Under the pieces are notes generated by a model. The model was not told the DNA's origin, made no database searches, and saw only the letters and a program-made list of their open reading frames with translations. Positions 30,503-40,160 of a DNA stretch of 64,000 nt are shown here, piece after piece. The stretch lies in contig CBDATA010000001.1 in assembly GCA_965199715.1 (NCBI GenBank), forward strand, positions 160,001-224,000, read 5' to 3'. Source of the stretch: Vicinamibacteria bacterium (GTDB taxonomy: Bacteria > Acidobacteriota > Vicinamibacteria > Marinacidobacterales > Marinacidobacteraceae). The position numbers and the translations under genes were made by a program. Numbering within the stretch: the stretch's first letter is position 1; every line of letters starts with the position of its first letter.

Positions 30503-31752
30503 CACAGCATCCCAAGCCAGCGGGGAAGCGCGGTCGCGGCGCCCGGAACCACAGTGATCCCGAGCAGCACCGCGACCATGGCGAGGACCGGGCGGACGGT
30601 CCAGACGGCCACCTCGCCGACGCTGCGCTTCGCCACGGTGCACGCCACGAAGAGCGTTGCGCCGTAGGGCGGCGTGACCATGCCGATGCACAGGTTCACC
30701 GACGCCAGCACCCCGAAGTGCACCGGATCGACTCCCGCCTGAATCGCCAGCGGGAACAGGATCGGCATGATGACGATGATCGCGGAGATGCTCTCCATGA
30801 ACATCCCGGCGACGATCAGGACCGCGTTCGCCGCGAGGAGGAACCAAAGCGCGTCCGAGGCGAACGCCGCCGCGTGGCCGCCGAGCTGCTCGGGAACCCG
30901 ACCGGCGGCGAGGAGCCACGCGAGCAGGAACGCGCTGGTCGCGACGAAGAGCACGACCGCCGAACGAAGCGCCGCGCCGACCAGAAGCTCGCGCAGCCAG
31001 CCGGGCCGCAGCTTCCCCCCGGCGAGGCCGAAGACGAGCCCGTAGGCCACGGCGACCCCCGCGGCTTCCGTCGCGGTGAAGACGCCCGAGAGGACGCCCC
31101 CGAGCACGACCGTTGGCATCCCGAGCGCGGGCAGCGCGCCGAGGACCGCCTGGCCGAGCGAACCCTCGGCCGGCGGAGCGGTCTCGTGGCCGCGCCGGAG
31201 ACTGATCCCGACGAGCGCCGCCGCCATGAGGAACCCGGGGACGATCCCGCCGACGAAGAGCGCCGCGATCGAGGTTCCGGTCACGTAGCCCATCACGATC
31301 ATGATGATGCTGGGCGGGATGATCGGGCCGAGCGCTCCCCCCGCCGCCTGGAGCGCCGTCGCGAATCCGACCGGGTAGCCGCGCTCGCGCATCGCCGGAA
31401 TCATCATCGTGCCGACCGCGGCGGTGCTGGCGCTGGAGCTTCCGGAGACGCTCGCGAAGAACATCGACGAGACCACCGACGCGATCGGAAGCCCGCCCCG
31501 AAGCCGCCCGAACAGCGTGACGACCCGGCGCGAGATCCCCGAGGCGTTCATGAGCTCGCCGGCGAGGATGAACAGCGGCACGGCCATGAGCGCCCACGAG
31601 TTGAGCGCCGCGAACGCGCGCTGTGGCATGAGTTCGAGGGGCAGCCGCCCGTCGGCGAGGATCGCCGCCATCCCGCTGAGGCCGATCGCGAACGCGACCG
31701 GCACGCCCAGCGCGAGCAGCAGGACGAGACTGACGAGAAGCGCCGGGATCAC
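30502..31752 (-). CDS. dctM: TRAP transporter large permease
   Basis: LMAVPLFILAGELM, SGSSSA, GPIIPPSI, GVFTATEAA, GVDPVHFG, TPPYG. Confidence 0.95.
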   Translation of the reverse strand: MIPALLVSLVLLLALGVPVAFAIGLSGMAAILADGRLPLELMPQRAFAALNSWALMAVPLFILAGELMNASGISRRVVTLFGRLRGGLPIASVVSSMFFASVSGSSSASTAAVGTMMIPAMRERGYPVGFATALQAAGGALGPIIPPSIIMIVMGYVTGTSIAALFVGGIVPGFLMAAALVGISLRRGHETAPPAEGSLGQAVLGALPALGMPTVVLGGVLSGVFTATEAAGVAVAYGLVFGLAGGKLRPGWLRELLVGAALRSAVVLFVATSAFLLAWLLAAGRVPEQLGGHAAAFASDALWFLLAANAVLIVAGMFMESISAIIVIMPILFPLAIQAGVDPVHFGVLASVNLCIGMVTPPYGATLFVACTVAKRSVGEVAVWTVRPVLAMVAVLLGITVVPGAATALPRWLGML

Positions 31753-32165
31753 GAGCGCAGGACCTCGATCGCGGCGAGCGTCATGAGCGCCCCGCTCGCC
31801 GGGATCGCGGCGTAGGCCCAGACCATGGAGACGCCCAGCGCGGGCGAGGTCTGGAGCGCCGCCACCTCAAGCAGGCGCAGCCCGTAGAACGCGAGCGCCA
31901 GCGAGAACAGCCCGACGAGGCCGGTCGTGACGTAGCGCAGGAACGGGAAGCGCGGGCTGACCCAGTCCACCGCGAGGTGGAGCCCGCGCCGGACGCACAC
32001 CGGCGAGGCGAGCAGGACGAGCCAGACCTGGAGGTAGCGGGCGAGCTCCTCGGTCCAACTCGGCGGAGCGCCGAGGACGTAGCGGGCGCCCACTTGCCAG
32101 ATGACGAGGCCGGCCATGAGCGCGAGCGCGAGGGCGGCCGCGCTCTCGAGCGAGCGCCAGATCAA
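31749..32165 (-). CDS. dctQ: TRAP transporter small permease
   Basis: QVGARYVL, WTEELARYL, HLAVD, SPALG; four TM helices. Confidence 0.92.
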   Translation of the reverse strand: MIWRSLESAAALALALMAGLVIWQVGARYVLGAPPSWTEELARYLQVWLVLLASPVCVRRGLHLAVDWVSPRFPFLRYVTTGLVGLFSLALAFYGLRLLEVAALQTSPALGVSMVWAYAAIPASGALMTLAAIEVLRS

Positions 32166-32166
32166 G

Positions 32167-32769
32167 CTACGGGGCGCGCCGGACCCCGAGGATGCGCACC
32201 GGATCGGTCAGGATCTGCCCGCGCACGACCTCGGAGTAGGCGGGAGCGTCGGTCGGGAGCCGGTGGATCGCGTCCAGCACCTCCATCCCCCGGATCACCC
32301 GCCCGAACGTCGAGTACCCGAATCCGTCGCGGGTCGGATCGCCGGCGTCGGTGTCCAGCACGAAGTTGTCGCCGACGTTGAAGAAGAACTCGGAGTTCGC
32401 GGTGCCGGGCCCGCCCCGGGCGTAGGCGAGGGTTCCGCGCTCGTTGCGCACGCCGGTGACATGGGTGGTCTCGTGCGGGATCGGCGGGAACGGCGGCTCC
32501 GCCTCGGCCTCGCCCTCGTCCCCGGCGACGATCGGCAGGCTGCGCAGCCCGCCCTGGATCACGTCGTGCGCGTCGCCGTTCGCCGTGTGCGTCGCCCGGT
32601 AGAACGCCGCTCCGCCGTAGTGCCCGCCATCGACGTAGCGGAGGAACTGCGCCGTCGAGATCGGGGCCCGGTCGGGATGGAGCGCGACCTCGATCTCGCC
32701 GAGGGAGGTCTCGAGGACGACGTGGACCGGCTGAGACAGGAGCGCGAGGGAGAGGAGGAACCGGATCAT
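32167..32769 (-). CDS. Exported cyclophilin-type peptidyl-prolyl cis-trans isomerase
   Basis: Signal peptide, VVLETSLGEIEV, APIST.QFLRYV, FYR, VIQGG, RGTLAYAR, SEFFFN, FGRVIRGMEV. Confidence 0.9.
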   Translation of the reverse strand: MIRFLLSLALLSQPVHVVLETSLGEIEVALHPDRAPISTAQFLRYVDGGHYGGAAFYRATHTANGDAHDVIQGGLRSLPIVAGDEGEAEAEPPFPPIPHETTHVTGVRNERGTLAYARGGPGTANSEFFFNVGDNFVLDTDAGDPTRDGFGYSTFGRVIRGMEVLDAIHRLPTDAPAYSEVVRGQILTDPVRILGVRRAP

Positions 32770-32797
32770 GGCCGGGCCGAGGATACCCTTCGGGATC

Positions 32798-33664
32798 ATG
32801 CGGATCGCACTGATGGCGCTCGCGCTTCTCGCGGGCGGACAGGAACCGGGGCCGAAGGTCTTCATCTCCGTCGACATGGAGGGGCTGAGCGGGATCGCCC
32901 ACGGCGAGATGACGTCGGCGGCGGGAGCCGAGTACGCCCGCGGGCGGAACCTGCTGATGAGCGACCTGAACGCCGCCATCCAGGGCGCGCTCGACGCCGG
33001 CGCGAGCGAGATCCTCGTGAACGACAGCCACGGCAGCATGCGGAACGCGCGCATCGAGCAGATGCTCGCGCCCGCCCGGCTCATCAGCCACAACTCCAAG
33101 CCGTTCGGCATGATGCAGGGGCTGACCGCCGACTTCGACGCGGTCTTCTTCATCGGCTACCACGCGCGCGCCGGGAATCCGGACGGCCTGATGGCCCACA
33201 CCGGCTCGGGAGCGAAGATCCGCGAGATCCGCGTCCACGGGGAGCCCGCCGGCGAGGGCGACATGAACGCCGCGCTCGCCGCCCACTACGGCGTGCCAGT
33301 GGCGCTCGCGACCGGCGACGACGCCTTCGTGGAAGAGCTCGGGGAGACGCTGCCGAACGTCGAGTTCGTCTCGGTGAAGCGGGCCATCCGCCGCACCACG
33401 GCCGAACTCCACCACCCCGAGGCGACGGCGGGATGGATTCGGGAGGCCGCCGCCCGCGCGCTGCGCTCCCTGCCCGCCCCCGAACCGGCGCCGGAAGAGC
33501 CGGTCGCCGTCGAGATCCAATACACCCGCCCCGACCTCGCCGAGATCGCGTCGCTGCTGCCGGAGATCGAGCGGACCGCGCCCGACACGGTGCGCTTCGA
33601 GGCGGCGACGATGCCCGAGGCCTACGCGATCATCCGGGTGCTGTACCGGAACCTGTCGGAGTAG
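32798..33664 (+). CDS. dppA: M55 family D-aminopeptidase (DppA-like) with signal peptide
   Basis: KVFISVDMEG, VNDSHG, FIGYHARAG, MAHT, GEGDMNA, TGDD. Confidence 0.88.
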   Translation: MRIALMALALLAGGQEPGPKVFISVDMEGLSGIAHGEMTSAAGAEYARGRNLLMSDLNAAIQGALDAGASEILVNDSHGSMRNARIEQMLAPARLISHNSKPFGMMQGLTADFDAVFFIGYHARAGNPDGLMAHTGSGAKIREIRVHGEPAGEGDMNAALAAHYGVPVALATGDDAFVEELGETLPNVEFVSVKRAIRRTTAELHHPEATAGWIREAAARALRSLPAPEPAPEEPVAVEIQYTRPDLAEIASLLPEIERTAPDTVRFEAATMPEAYAIIRVLYRNLSE

Positions 33665-33835
33665 GTCAGGTCGGGCGGAGAGAGAATCTGCTCGCCTGCG
33701 GCCAGTCTTGCCCCGAGGGCGTGGAGGCTCACGAGGTGCGCCAACAACTGCAATCCAGGCCAGTGGCGGTGACTTGGGACGTGAAGGCCAAGGCGACACC
33801 CCTATGCCAGGGTTTCGGAGTGGGCCATTGTGGAT

Positions 33836-33920
33836 TCAGTCCGCTGCGTGGAGCCGCACCATGAAGCGCTCGCCGTCCGCGACGAGGTCCGGATCGGTTC
33901 CGGTGTGTTCCTTCATGTAG
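33836..33920 (-). pseudogene. Short C-terminal remnant, possibly of an AlbA/HATPase_c_4-type ATP-binding protein
   Basis: YMKEHTGTDPDLVADGERFMVRLHAAD* resembles the tail of such proteins from memory; no N-terminus. Confidence 0.3.
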
Positions 33921-34941
33921 CCGACCCTCGCGCAGCCGCGGCCAGCGCCGTCCGCCCGAGCGCCGTGGCGAACGCAGGCGGGACCGCATTCCCGATCCAG
34001 CGCGCGATCTCCCGCTGGGTTCCGAAGAACTCGTAGTCGTCCGGGAACGTCTGGAGCGCCGCCGCCTCGCGCAGGCTGATCGCCCGATCCTGCTGCGGGT
34101 GGCCGAAACGTCCGTCGGAGAGGCGGTTGCGCCGGCTGGTCAGCGTCGGCGCGACCCGGTCCCACCACATCCGGCCGTGCACGTCGCTGCAACCGGTGCC
34201 GATGGAACGGCGGCGCGGAAGGCCGAGACGCTCCGGCCAGTCCCTCCGGCTGCCCCCGTCCGGCGGCGTGGCGCGGACCCGCACCAGGTTCGCGGGGGCG
34301 AGGTTCGCCGCGGAGTGGTTGGGGATGCCGGCGTGCGTCTCGCCGGCCTCGATCCGGGGAAACCGCTCGATCGCCGTACGGACCGAGGCGTCGGCGCCCC
34401 TCGCCTCCGGCTGCCGCGCCCGACCCTTCGCGGCGGCGAGCAGCGCGTAGCGCCGGCGGTGCTGCGGCACGCCGAAGCCACGGGCGTCGACCCCCGCGTC
34501 CCAGGAGTAGCCCAGATCGGCGAGCGTCTTCAGGAAGCGCCGCAAGGGACCGGAATTGGGCGTCGCCGCGATTCCTGGGACGTTCTCCATCAGGACCGCG
34601 CCGGGACGCGGGGCGCGCACGAGCCGCCCGAACTCGTCGAGCAGCGCCGCGTCCGACCGTTGGCGAAGTCCTCGTCGGCGGCGCTGCTCGCTGAACGGCT
34701 GGCAGGGAGCGCAGCCAGCGAGGAGCCGCTCGCGGCGGGGCACGTCCGGGACGAAGTCGCGCAGGGTCTCGGCTTCAACGGCCTGCACGTCGGCGGCGAG
34801 GAACTGCGTTTCGGGGTTGTTGGGGCCATGGGTCGTGGCCGCGGCGCCATCCGCGTCGAGCCCCGCGACCACGTCCCAACCCGCCCGGCGCAGCCCGAGG
34901 GTCAGGCCGCCGGCGCCGCAGAACGGATCGATGGCCTTCAT
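33913..34941 (-). CDS. dcm: DNA (cytosine-5)-methyltransferase, intact frame but degenerate motifs (probably decaying)
   Basis: IDPFCGAGG (motif I), GCAPCQPFS (IV), MENVPG (VI), FGVPQHRRR (VIII), RAISLREAAALQTFPDDY, IGNAVPP (X). Confidence 0.88.
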   Translation of the reverse strand: MKAIDPFCGAGGLTLGLRRAGWDVVAGLDADGAAATTHGPNNPETQFLAADVQAVEAETLRDFVPDVPRRERLLAGCAPCQPFSEQRRRRGLRQRSDAALLDEFGRLVRAPRPGAVLMENVPGIAATPNSGPLRRFLKTLADLGYSWDAGVDARGFGVPQHRRRYALLAAAKGRARQPEARGADASVRTAIERFPRIEAGETHAGIPNHSAANLAPANLVRVRATPPDGGSRRDWPERLGLPRRRSIGTGCSDVHGRMWWDRVAPTLTSRRNRLSDGRFGHPQQDRAISLREAAALQTFPDDYEFFGTQREIARWIGNAVPPAFATALGRTALAAAARGSAT

Positions 34942-35375
34942 GGTCGAGCCACCAACTGGGCAAGCCGGTCCGTCACGTCGAAGTCGGGCGTGCCCGGGCG
35001 GCCGGCGACACTCGGATATGCCCACGAGACGACTTCGCGGAAGGGACTGTCAGTGGAGGCCACGCGCTCGGGCCGCCACGGTCCGTCGAACGGCCCGAGC
35101 AAGCGTCGAGTCCGCTCCCGCCTGCGCCCCCCTCGATCTGGGCGCGCAGCGCGTGAACGGAGTCCCGAAGCGCTTCGCGGATGCGGGCATCGCAGTCGGC
35201 ATGTACGCCGCGAATCATCCCTGCGACCGGCTCGAACGCCTCAAGGCGCTCCGATACTTCCCTGTCGGAGTCTGACCCCTTCTTTACCGTCTGCACGAAG
35301 GCGTGCGGAACCGCCTCCCACCGTTCGACGAAACCGGAATGGACGACGACTGGACAGAACCAGTCCTCCCTGATC
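34938..35375 (-). pseudogene. Internally deleted remnant of a receiver-domain-like protein upstream of dcm
   Basis: IREDWFCPVVVHSGF...HAFVQTVKKGSDSDREV (receiver beta4-beta5-like) in one frame; ERVASTDSPFREVVSWAYPSVAGRPGTPDFDVTDRLAQLVARP* in another, whose stop overlaps the dcm ATG (ATGA). Confidence 0.5.
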
Positions 35376-35720
35376 GACCTGACCGGAGAACAGGTGCGCC
35401 GTGGCGGGGTCGAATTCCACAGGGACGATCTCGGCCTTCTCGACGGTCTGGTTGACCCTCGAGGACAGCGCGAACGGGACGAGGCCGTCGGACTTGAAGA
35501 CGCCCCAACCGCCCTCGATCCCGAAGGAGCCGAACCGAACCCGCGCGCCCGCCCCGATGGCGGGCGGGTAGGTCGTGGCGGAGGAGGTGCGCTCCTCGAA
35601 GGCCTCCTCGTCGAAGCCGGTCGCGGTGAGGGAGGCGGTGGAACTGGCCGACAGGCCGAGGATGGCGGGGCGAGCGAAGAACTCGAACGTCGTTCCGCGT
35701 CGGGAGCTGGCGACTGCTGC
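35375..35720 (-). pseudogene. Truncated fragment resembling an outer-membrane beta-barrel protein
   Basis: FEFFARPAILG...AIGAGARVRFGSFGIEGGWGVF...HLFSGQV alternating beta-strand pattern; no clean start or end. Confidence 0.3.
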
Positions 35721-35791
35721 GTCCCGGCGGCCGCGAGCCCCGCCGCCGGCGCCCAGTATGCTCGGTCGCTGCCATCCCCGGGAGTCCGCCA

Positions 35792-37210
35792 ATGGTCCGC
35801 ATTCTTCTTCTCGCCTGCCTGCTCGCCGCCGGCCCCGCCCGGGCCCAGGACGACGTCGAGATCATGGACGACTTCCTGAACGCCCAGCGAAGCGACTTCA
35901 ACGAAGTCGCGATGCGCATCTGGGAGTGGGCCGAAGTCGGGTATCAGGAGGAGCGGAGCTCGGGCCTCCTCCAGGAGCAGCTCGCCGCGGGCGGATTCCG
36001 GGTGGAGGCCGGCGTGGCGGGCATGCCGACGGCGTTCATGGCCGAATGGGGCGAGGGCGGCCCGGTGATCGGGATCCTCGCCGAGTTCGACGCGCTTCCC
36101 GGAGTGAGCCAGGACGCGGTTCCCGAGCCGATGGCGCGCGACCATGTGGAGGCGGGCCACGCATGCGGGCACCACCTCTTCGGCACCGCTTCCGTGGCCG
36201 CCGGACTCGCCGTCCGGGAATGGCTGGAGCGCACCGGGACTCCGGGCCGCATCCGGGTCTTCGGCACGCCCGCCGAGGAGGGCGGCGCCGGCAAGGTCTA
36301 CATGGTGCGGGAGGGGATGTTCGCCGACGTGGACGCGGTGCTCGCGTGGCATCCGGGCGACCGCAACGACGCGAGTCCCGGCGACTCGCTCGCGAACCTG
36401 TCCGCCAAGTTCCGCTTCCGGGGCGTGTCCGCGCACGCCGCGGGAGCGCCCGACCAGGGCCGGTCGGCGCTCGACGCGGTCGAGGCCATGAACTTCATGG
36501 TCAACCTGATGCGGGAGCACGTCCACGAGCGCAGCCGCATCCACTACGTCATCACCCGGGGCGGCGAGGCCCCGAACGTGGTGCCGAACTTCGCCGAGGC
36601 GTACTACTACAACCGGCATCCGTCGGTGGAGGTCGCCCGCGACAACTGGAGCCGCATCCTGAAGATCGCCGACGCGGCCGCGCTCGGCACCGGGACGACC
36701 GTCGAGCACGAGATGATCCACGGGATCTACAACCTGCTCCCCAACGAGACCATCGGGCGCCTGCTGCACAAGCACCTGACCGACGTCGGCGGGTTCGCCT
36801 ATGACGACGAGGAGCGGGCGTTCGCCGAGGCCATCCAGGAGCACCTCCAGCAGCCGAGACCGATCGGCTCGCAAGAAGACGTGGCGCCGTGGAAGCGCAC
36901 CCCCGCCGGCGGCTCGACCGACGTCGCCGACGTGAGCTGGGTCACCCCGACCGCGCAGTTCCGCGCCGCGACGTGGGTGCCGGGCACGCCCGCGCACAGT
37001 TGGATGGCGGTCGCCGCCGGCGGCACGTCCATCGGCCAGAAGGGGATGCACATCGCCGCCCGCGTGCTCGCCCGCACTGCGGCGGAGCTCCTCACCGATC
37101 CGGCGCCGCTGGAGGCGGCGAAGGCGGAGCTGGAAGCCGCCCGCGGTCCCGACTTCGCGTATGAGCCGCTGCTCGGCGACCGGCCGCCGCCGCTCGACTA
37201 TCGCCGTTAG
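35792..37210 (+). CDS. M20 amidohydrolase, AbgB-like (p-aminobenzoyl-glutamate hydrolase subunit B family), with signal peptide
   Basis: IWEWAEVGYQE, EFDALPG, GHACGHHLFG, GTPAEEGG, WHP, GRSALDAVE, GGSTDVADVSW, HSW. Confidence 0.9.
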   Translation: MVRILLLACLLAAGPARAQDDVEIMDDFLNAQRSDFNEVAMRIWEWAEVGYQEERSSGLLQEQLAAGGFRVEAGVAGMPTAFMAEWGEGGPVIGILAEFDALPGVSQDAVPEPMARDHVEAGHACGHHLFGTASVAAGLAVREWLERTGTPGRIRVFGTPAEEGGAGKVYMVREGMFADVDAVLAWHPGDRNDASPGDSLANLSAKFRFRGVSAHAAGAPDQGRSALDAVEAMNFMVNLMREHVHERSRIHYVITRGGEAPNVVPNFAEAYYYNRHPSVEVARDNWSRILKIADAAALGTGTTVEHEMIHGIYNLLPNETIGRLLHKHLTDVGGFAYDDEERAFAEAIQEHLQQPRPIGSQEDVAPWKRTPAGGSTDVADVSWVTPTAQFRAATWVPGTPAHSWMAVAAGGTSIGQKGMHIAARVLARTAAELLTDPAPLEAAKAELEAARGPDFAYEPLLGDRPPPLDYRR

Positions 37211-37383
37211 CGCCGCTCCGCGCGGGGCGCAGGCGGCCCGGAAAAAAGTTTTCCACAAACGGGCCGTTTCGCGGTTGGTCTTGCGATTTGCCGCGTCTTG
37301 ACCATGCACGGGCGAACTCCATCCCGACGCCGCCGGCGTCCAGACCCTCCCGAACTCCGCCGCTCGCGCCCATGCTTCTCCCG

Positions 37384-37700
37384 ATGGGAGAGGAGGCGAA
37401 CCAGCGACCGGCGACGTCACCCGAGCCAAGCAGGCTGAGGCCGATTCGCGCTCGGAGCAGTTTCTCCTCAAGGTTCTCATCGGCATGATGAAGGTCAGGT
37501 TGAGCTCGAGTTCACCCAGATCATCGTCCTGACTCGCCAAGTGGGGGTGTTCGAGACCCGGATGGTCGGGGAGATCGGTGCGCTCCGGGCCGAGGTGCAT
37601 GCGGAATTCGCCGCCCTCTCCGAGCGGGTCGCCCGGATCGAGACCATCCTCATCGATCGCCTTCCGCCGCCGGGCGACCGCAACGGCCCCCGGCGCCCGT
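37384..37700 (+). pseudogene. Frameshifted remnant of a small coiled-coil (DUF1640/CCDC90-like) protein
   Basis: VGVFETRMVGEIGALRAEVHAEFAALSERVARIETILIDRL heptad pattern; upstream part broken across frames. Confidence 0.35.
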
Positions 37701-37752
37701 TCGCCGTGCGGGCGGGTCTCCCGTACACTGGGCAGTTCCCGGAGGTACCCCC

Positions 37753-39117
37753 ATGGCCAGGACTCTTCTGATCGCCGGCGCGCTCCTTTTCGGAATCGCC
37801 TCGCAGTCCCTCGCCCAGGATCGCTTCACCATGGCGCTCACCGGCGACTCGATCATCACCCGCAAGCTGAGCGTGTACGACGAGCCGGAGTTCCTGCGGA
37901 TGATCGACCTCATGCGCGAGGCGGACCTCGCGTTCACCAACGTGGAAGTGCTCTTCCACGACTGGGAGTCGTATCCGATGAGTTCCAGCGGCGGCACCTA
38001 CATGCGGGCGCAGCCGGAACTGGTCCAGGAGTTCGTCTGGGCCGGCATCGACATCGGATCGCTCGCCAACAACCACTCCGGCGACTACGGGCCGCCCGCG
38101 ATGCTGCTCACCGAGAAGTACATCCGGGAAGCGGGCATCGTGGCCGCGGGCGTGGGGCGCAGCCTCGCCGAGGCCCGCGAGGCCAAGTTCATCGAGACCC
38201 GAAACGGCCGGGTCGCGCTGATCTCGCTCGCGTCCACCTTCCCCGACCACTCCCGCGCGGGCAAGTCCCGGGACGACATCCCCCCGCGTCCGGGACTGAA
38301 CCCGCTGCGCTACGTCACGACCTACGAGGTCACCCGCGACCAGTTGGAGCAGGTTCGTCAGACGATGCGCGACCTCAAGATGAACCCGCCCGAGTCCAGC
38401 GACCAGCTCCGCTTCCTCCGCAACCGGTTCGAGGTCGCCGACTCCCCGGGCGTGCGGACCGAGCCGCACGCCGAAGACACGGCCGAGATCGCCGCGATCG
38501 TGCGCAACGCGCGGCGCCAGGCCGACTACGTGATGGTCACGATCCACGCGCACGAGGGCGCTCCCGGACCGGACAGCCGGATGGTCCCGGCCCAGTTCCT
38601 CGAGACCTTCGCCCGGGCGATGGTGGACGCCGGCGCGTCGGCGTTCGTGGGTCACGGCCCCCACGCGCTGCGCGCCATCGAGATGTACAAGGGCGTCCCG
38701 ATCATGTACAGCCTCGGCGACTTCATCTTCCAGAACGAGACGCTCCAGCGGCTGCCCTACGAGAACTACCACGGGGTCGGCCTCGCCGAGGACGCCGGCC
38801 TCGCCGACTTCAACGACGCCCGATACGACAACGACACGCGGGGCTTCCCCGCGATCCCGGAGATCTGGGAGGCGGTGATCGCCGTGCCCGAGTGGAGCGG
38901 GCAGCAGCTCGTCGAGCTCACCCTCCACCCGATCAGCCTCGGCTTCGGCCAGCCCCGGCACGTGCGCGGGCGGCCGATGATGGCCGAGGGCGCGCTCGCC
39001 GACAAGATCCTGAACGACCTCGTCCGCATCTCGCAGCCCTACGGGACCGAGTTCGTCGTCCAGGACGGCGTGGCTCGGGTCGTGCTCGGCGACGAGACCA
39101 CCGACGCCCAGCAGTAG
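37753..39117 (+). CDS. CapA/PGA_cap family metallophosphoesterase-like protein, exported
   Basis: LTGDSII, FTNVE, SLANNHSGDYG, TIHAHE, GHGPH, YSLGDFIFQ; GGAGG RBS. Confidence 0.92.
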   Translation: MARTLLIAGALLFGIASQSLAQDRFTMALTGDSIITRKLSVYDEPEFLRMIDLMREADLAFTNVEVLFHDWESYPMSSSGGTYMRAQPELVQEFVWAGIDIGSLANNHSGDYGPPAMLLTEKYIREAGIVAAGVGRSLAEAREAKFIETRNGRVALISLASTFPDHSRAGKSRDDIPPRPGLNPLRYVTTYEVTRDQLEQVRQTMRDLKMNPPESSDQLRFLRNRFEVADSPGVRTEPHAEDTAEIAAIVRNARRQADYVMVTIHAHEGAPGPDSRMVPAQFLETFARAMVDAGASAFVGHGPHALRAIEMYKGVPIMYSLGDFIFQNETLQRLPYENYHGVGLAEDAGLADFNDARYDNDTRGFPAIPEIWEAVIAVPEWSGQQLVELTLHPISLGFGQPRHVRGRPMMAEGALADKILNDLVRISQPYGTEFVVQDGVARVVLGDETTDAQQ

Positions 39118-39122
39118 CCCGG

Positions 39123-40160
39123 ATGCGCCTCCTCGCGGCGCTGCTCGTCGTCGCGGCGTCGGCGGCGGCGCAGCCGCTCCGAGTGGACCTCCACGCCCAT
39201 CCATCGCGCTTCCACCGGGCGAACGTGCCCCGGATCGCCGACCGCGAGATCGCCCGGTACCTCGACCGCGGCATGGACGCGGTCGTCGCCACGATCAGCA
39301 CCGACACGCCGTGGCGCGGCGGCTACGTGCTGCGCGACGGAACGCGTATCGAGGGCGGGAACCGCCGGCCCGATCCCGAGGAGCCGTGGGAGTACACCCT
39401 CGACCGCTTCGAGCGGCTGACGCGGACCGCAGCAGAGGGGAACGCCCGCTTCGTCCGGACCCCGGCGGAAGCCCGCGCGGCGCGGGCGGCCGGCGAACTC
39501 GCCATCCTCCCGGCGGTCGAGGGAGCCGACTCGCTGGAAGGGAAGATCTGGAGGCTCCGGCAGCTTCACCGAATGGGGCTCGCGCTCGCCCAGATCGTCC
39601 ACTTCCGGCCCAACGGAATCGGGCACATCCAGACGTGGCCCTACACGCCGGGCGGACTCACCGACTTCGGGCGCGAGGTCGTGCGCGAGTGCAACCGGCT
39701 CGGCATCGTGATCGACCTCGCCCACGCCAACCCGGAGACGATCCGCGACACGCTGGCGGAGTCCCGCCATCCGGTGATCTTCAGCCACACCGGCGCATTC
39801 GCGCTGGACGCAGCGGATCGCCACCTGCGCGATTCCGAGATCCGCGCCATCGCCGAGGGCGGCGGGGTGATCGGCATCTGGCCGAACGGAAGCAGGTTGC
39901 CCACAGTCGCCGACATGGCCCGCCACGCCCGACACGTCGCGACCCTCATGGGCACCGCCGAGAACGTCGGGATCGGCAGTGACCTGCGCGGGATGTCCTC
40001 GTACAGCGAGGGGTTCGGCGAGGAGGCCGATTTCCTCGGGATCGCCGAGGCCTTCCGGGAGGCCGGATTCACGGCGGACGAAGTGGACGGGATTCTCGGC
40101 GGCAACTTCGAGCGCGTCTGGACCGAGGTCACCGAGGGCGTCCGACCCCCACTCCAATGA
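39123..40160 (+). CDS. M19 membrane dipeptidase family protein, exported
   Basis: DLHAHP, AVEGAD, GLTDFGREVVRECNRLGIVIDLAH, FSHTG, GIGSD, ILGGNFERV. Confidence 0.9.
   Translation: MRLLAALLVVAASAAAQPLRVDLHAHPSRFHRANVPRIADREIARYLDRGMDAVVATISTDTPWRGGYVLRDGTRIEGGNRRPDPEEPWEYTLDRFERLTRTAAEGNARFVRTPAEARAARAAGELAILPAVEGADSLEGKIWRLRQLHRMGLALAQIVHFRPNGIGHIQTWPYTPGGLTDFGREVVRECNRLGIVIDLAHANPETIRDTLAESRHPVIFSHTGAFALDAADRHLRDSEIRAIAEGGGVIGIWPNGSRLPTVADMARHARHVATLMGTAENVGIGSDLRGMSSYSEGFGEEADFLGIAEAFREAGFTADEVDGILGGNFERVWTEVTEGVRPPLQ

Noticed and set aside
37249-37257. DnaA-box match TTTTCCACA (possible oriC)
   Set aside because: A single box, with no cluster, AT-rich unwinding element or dnaA/dnaN context.
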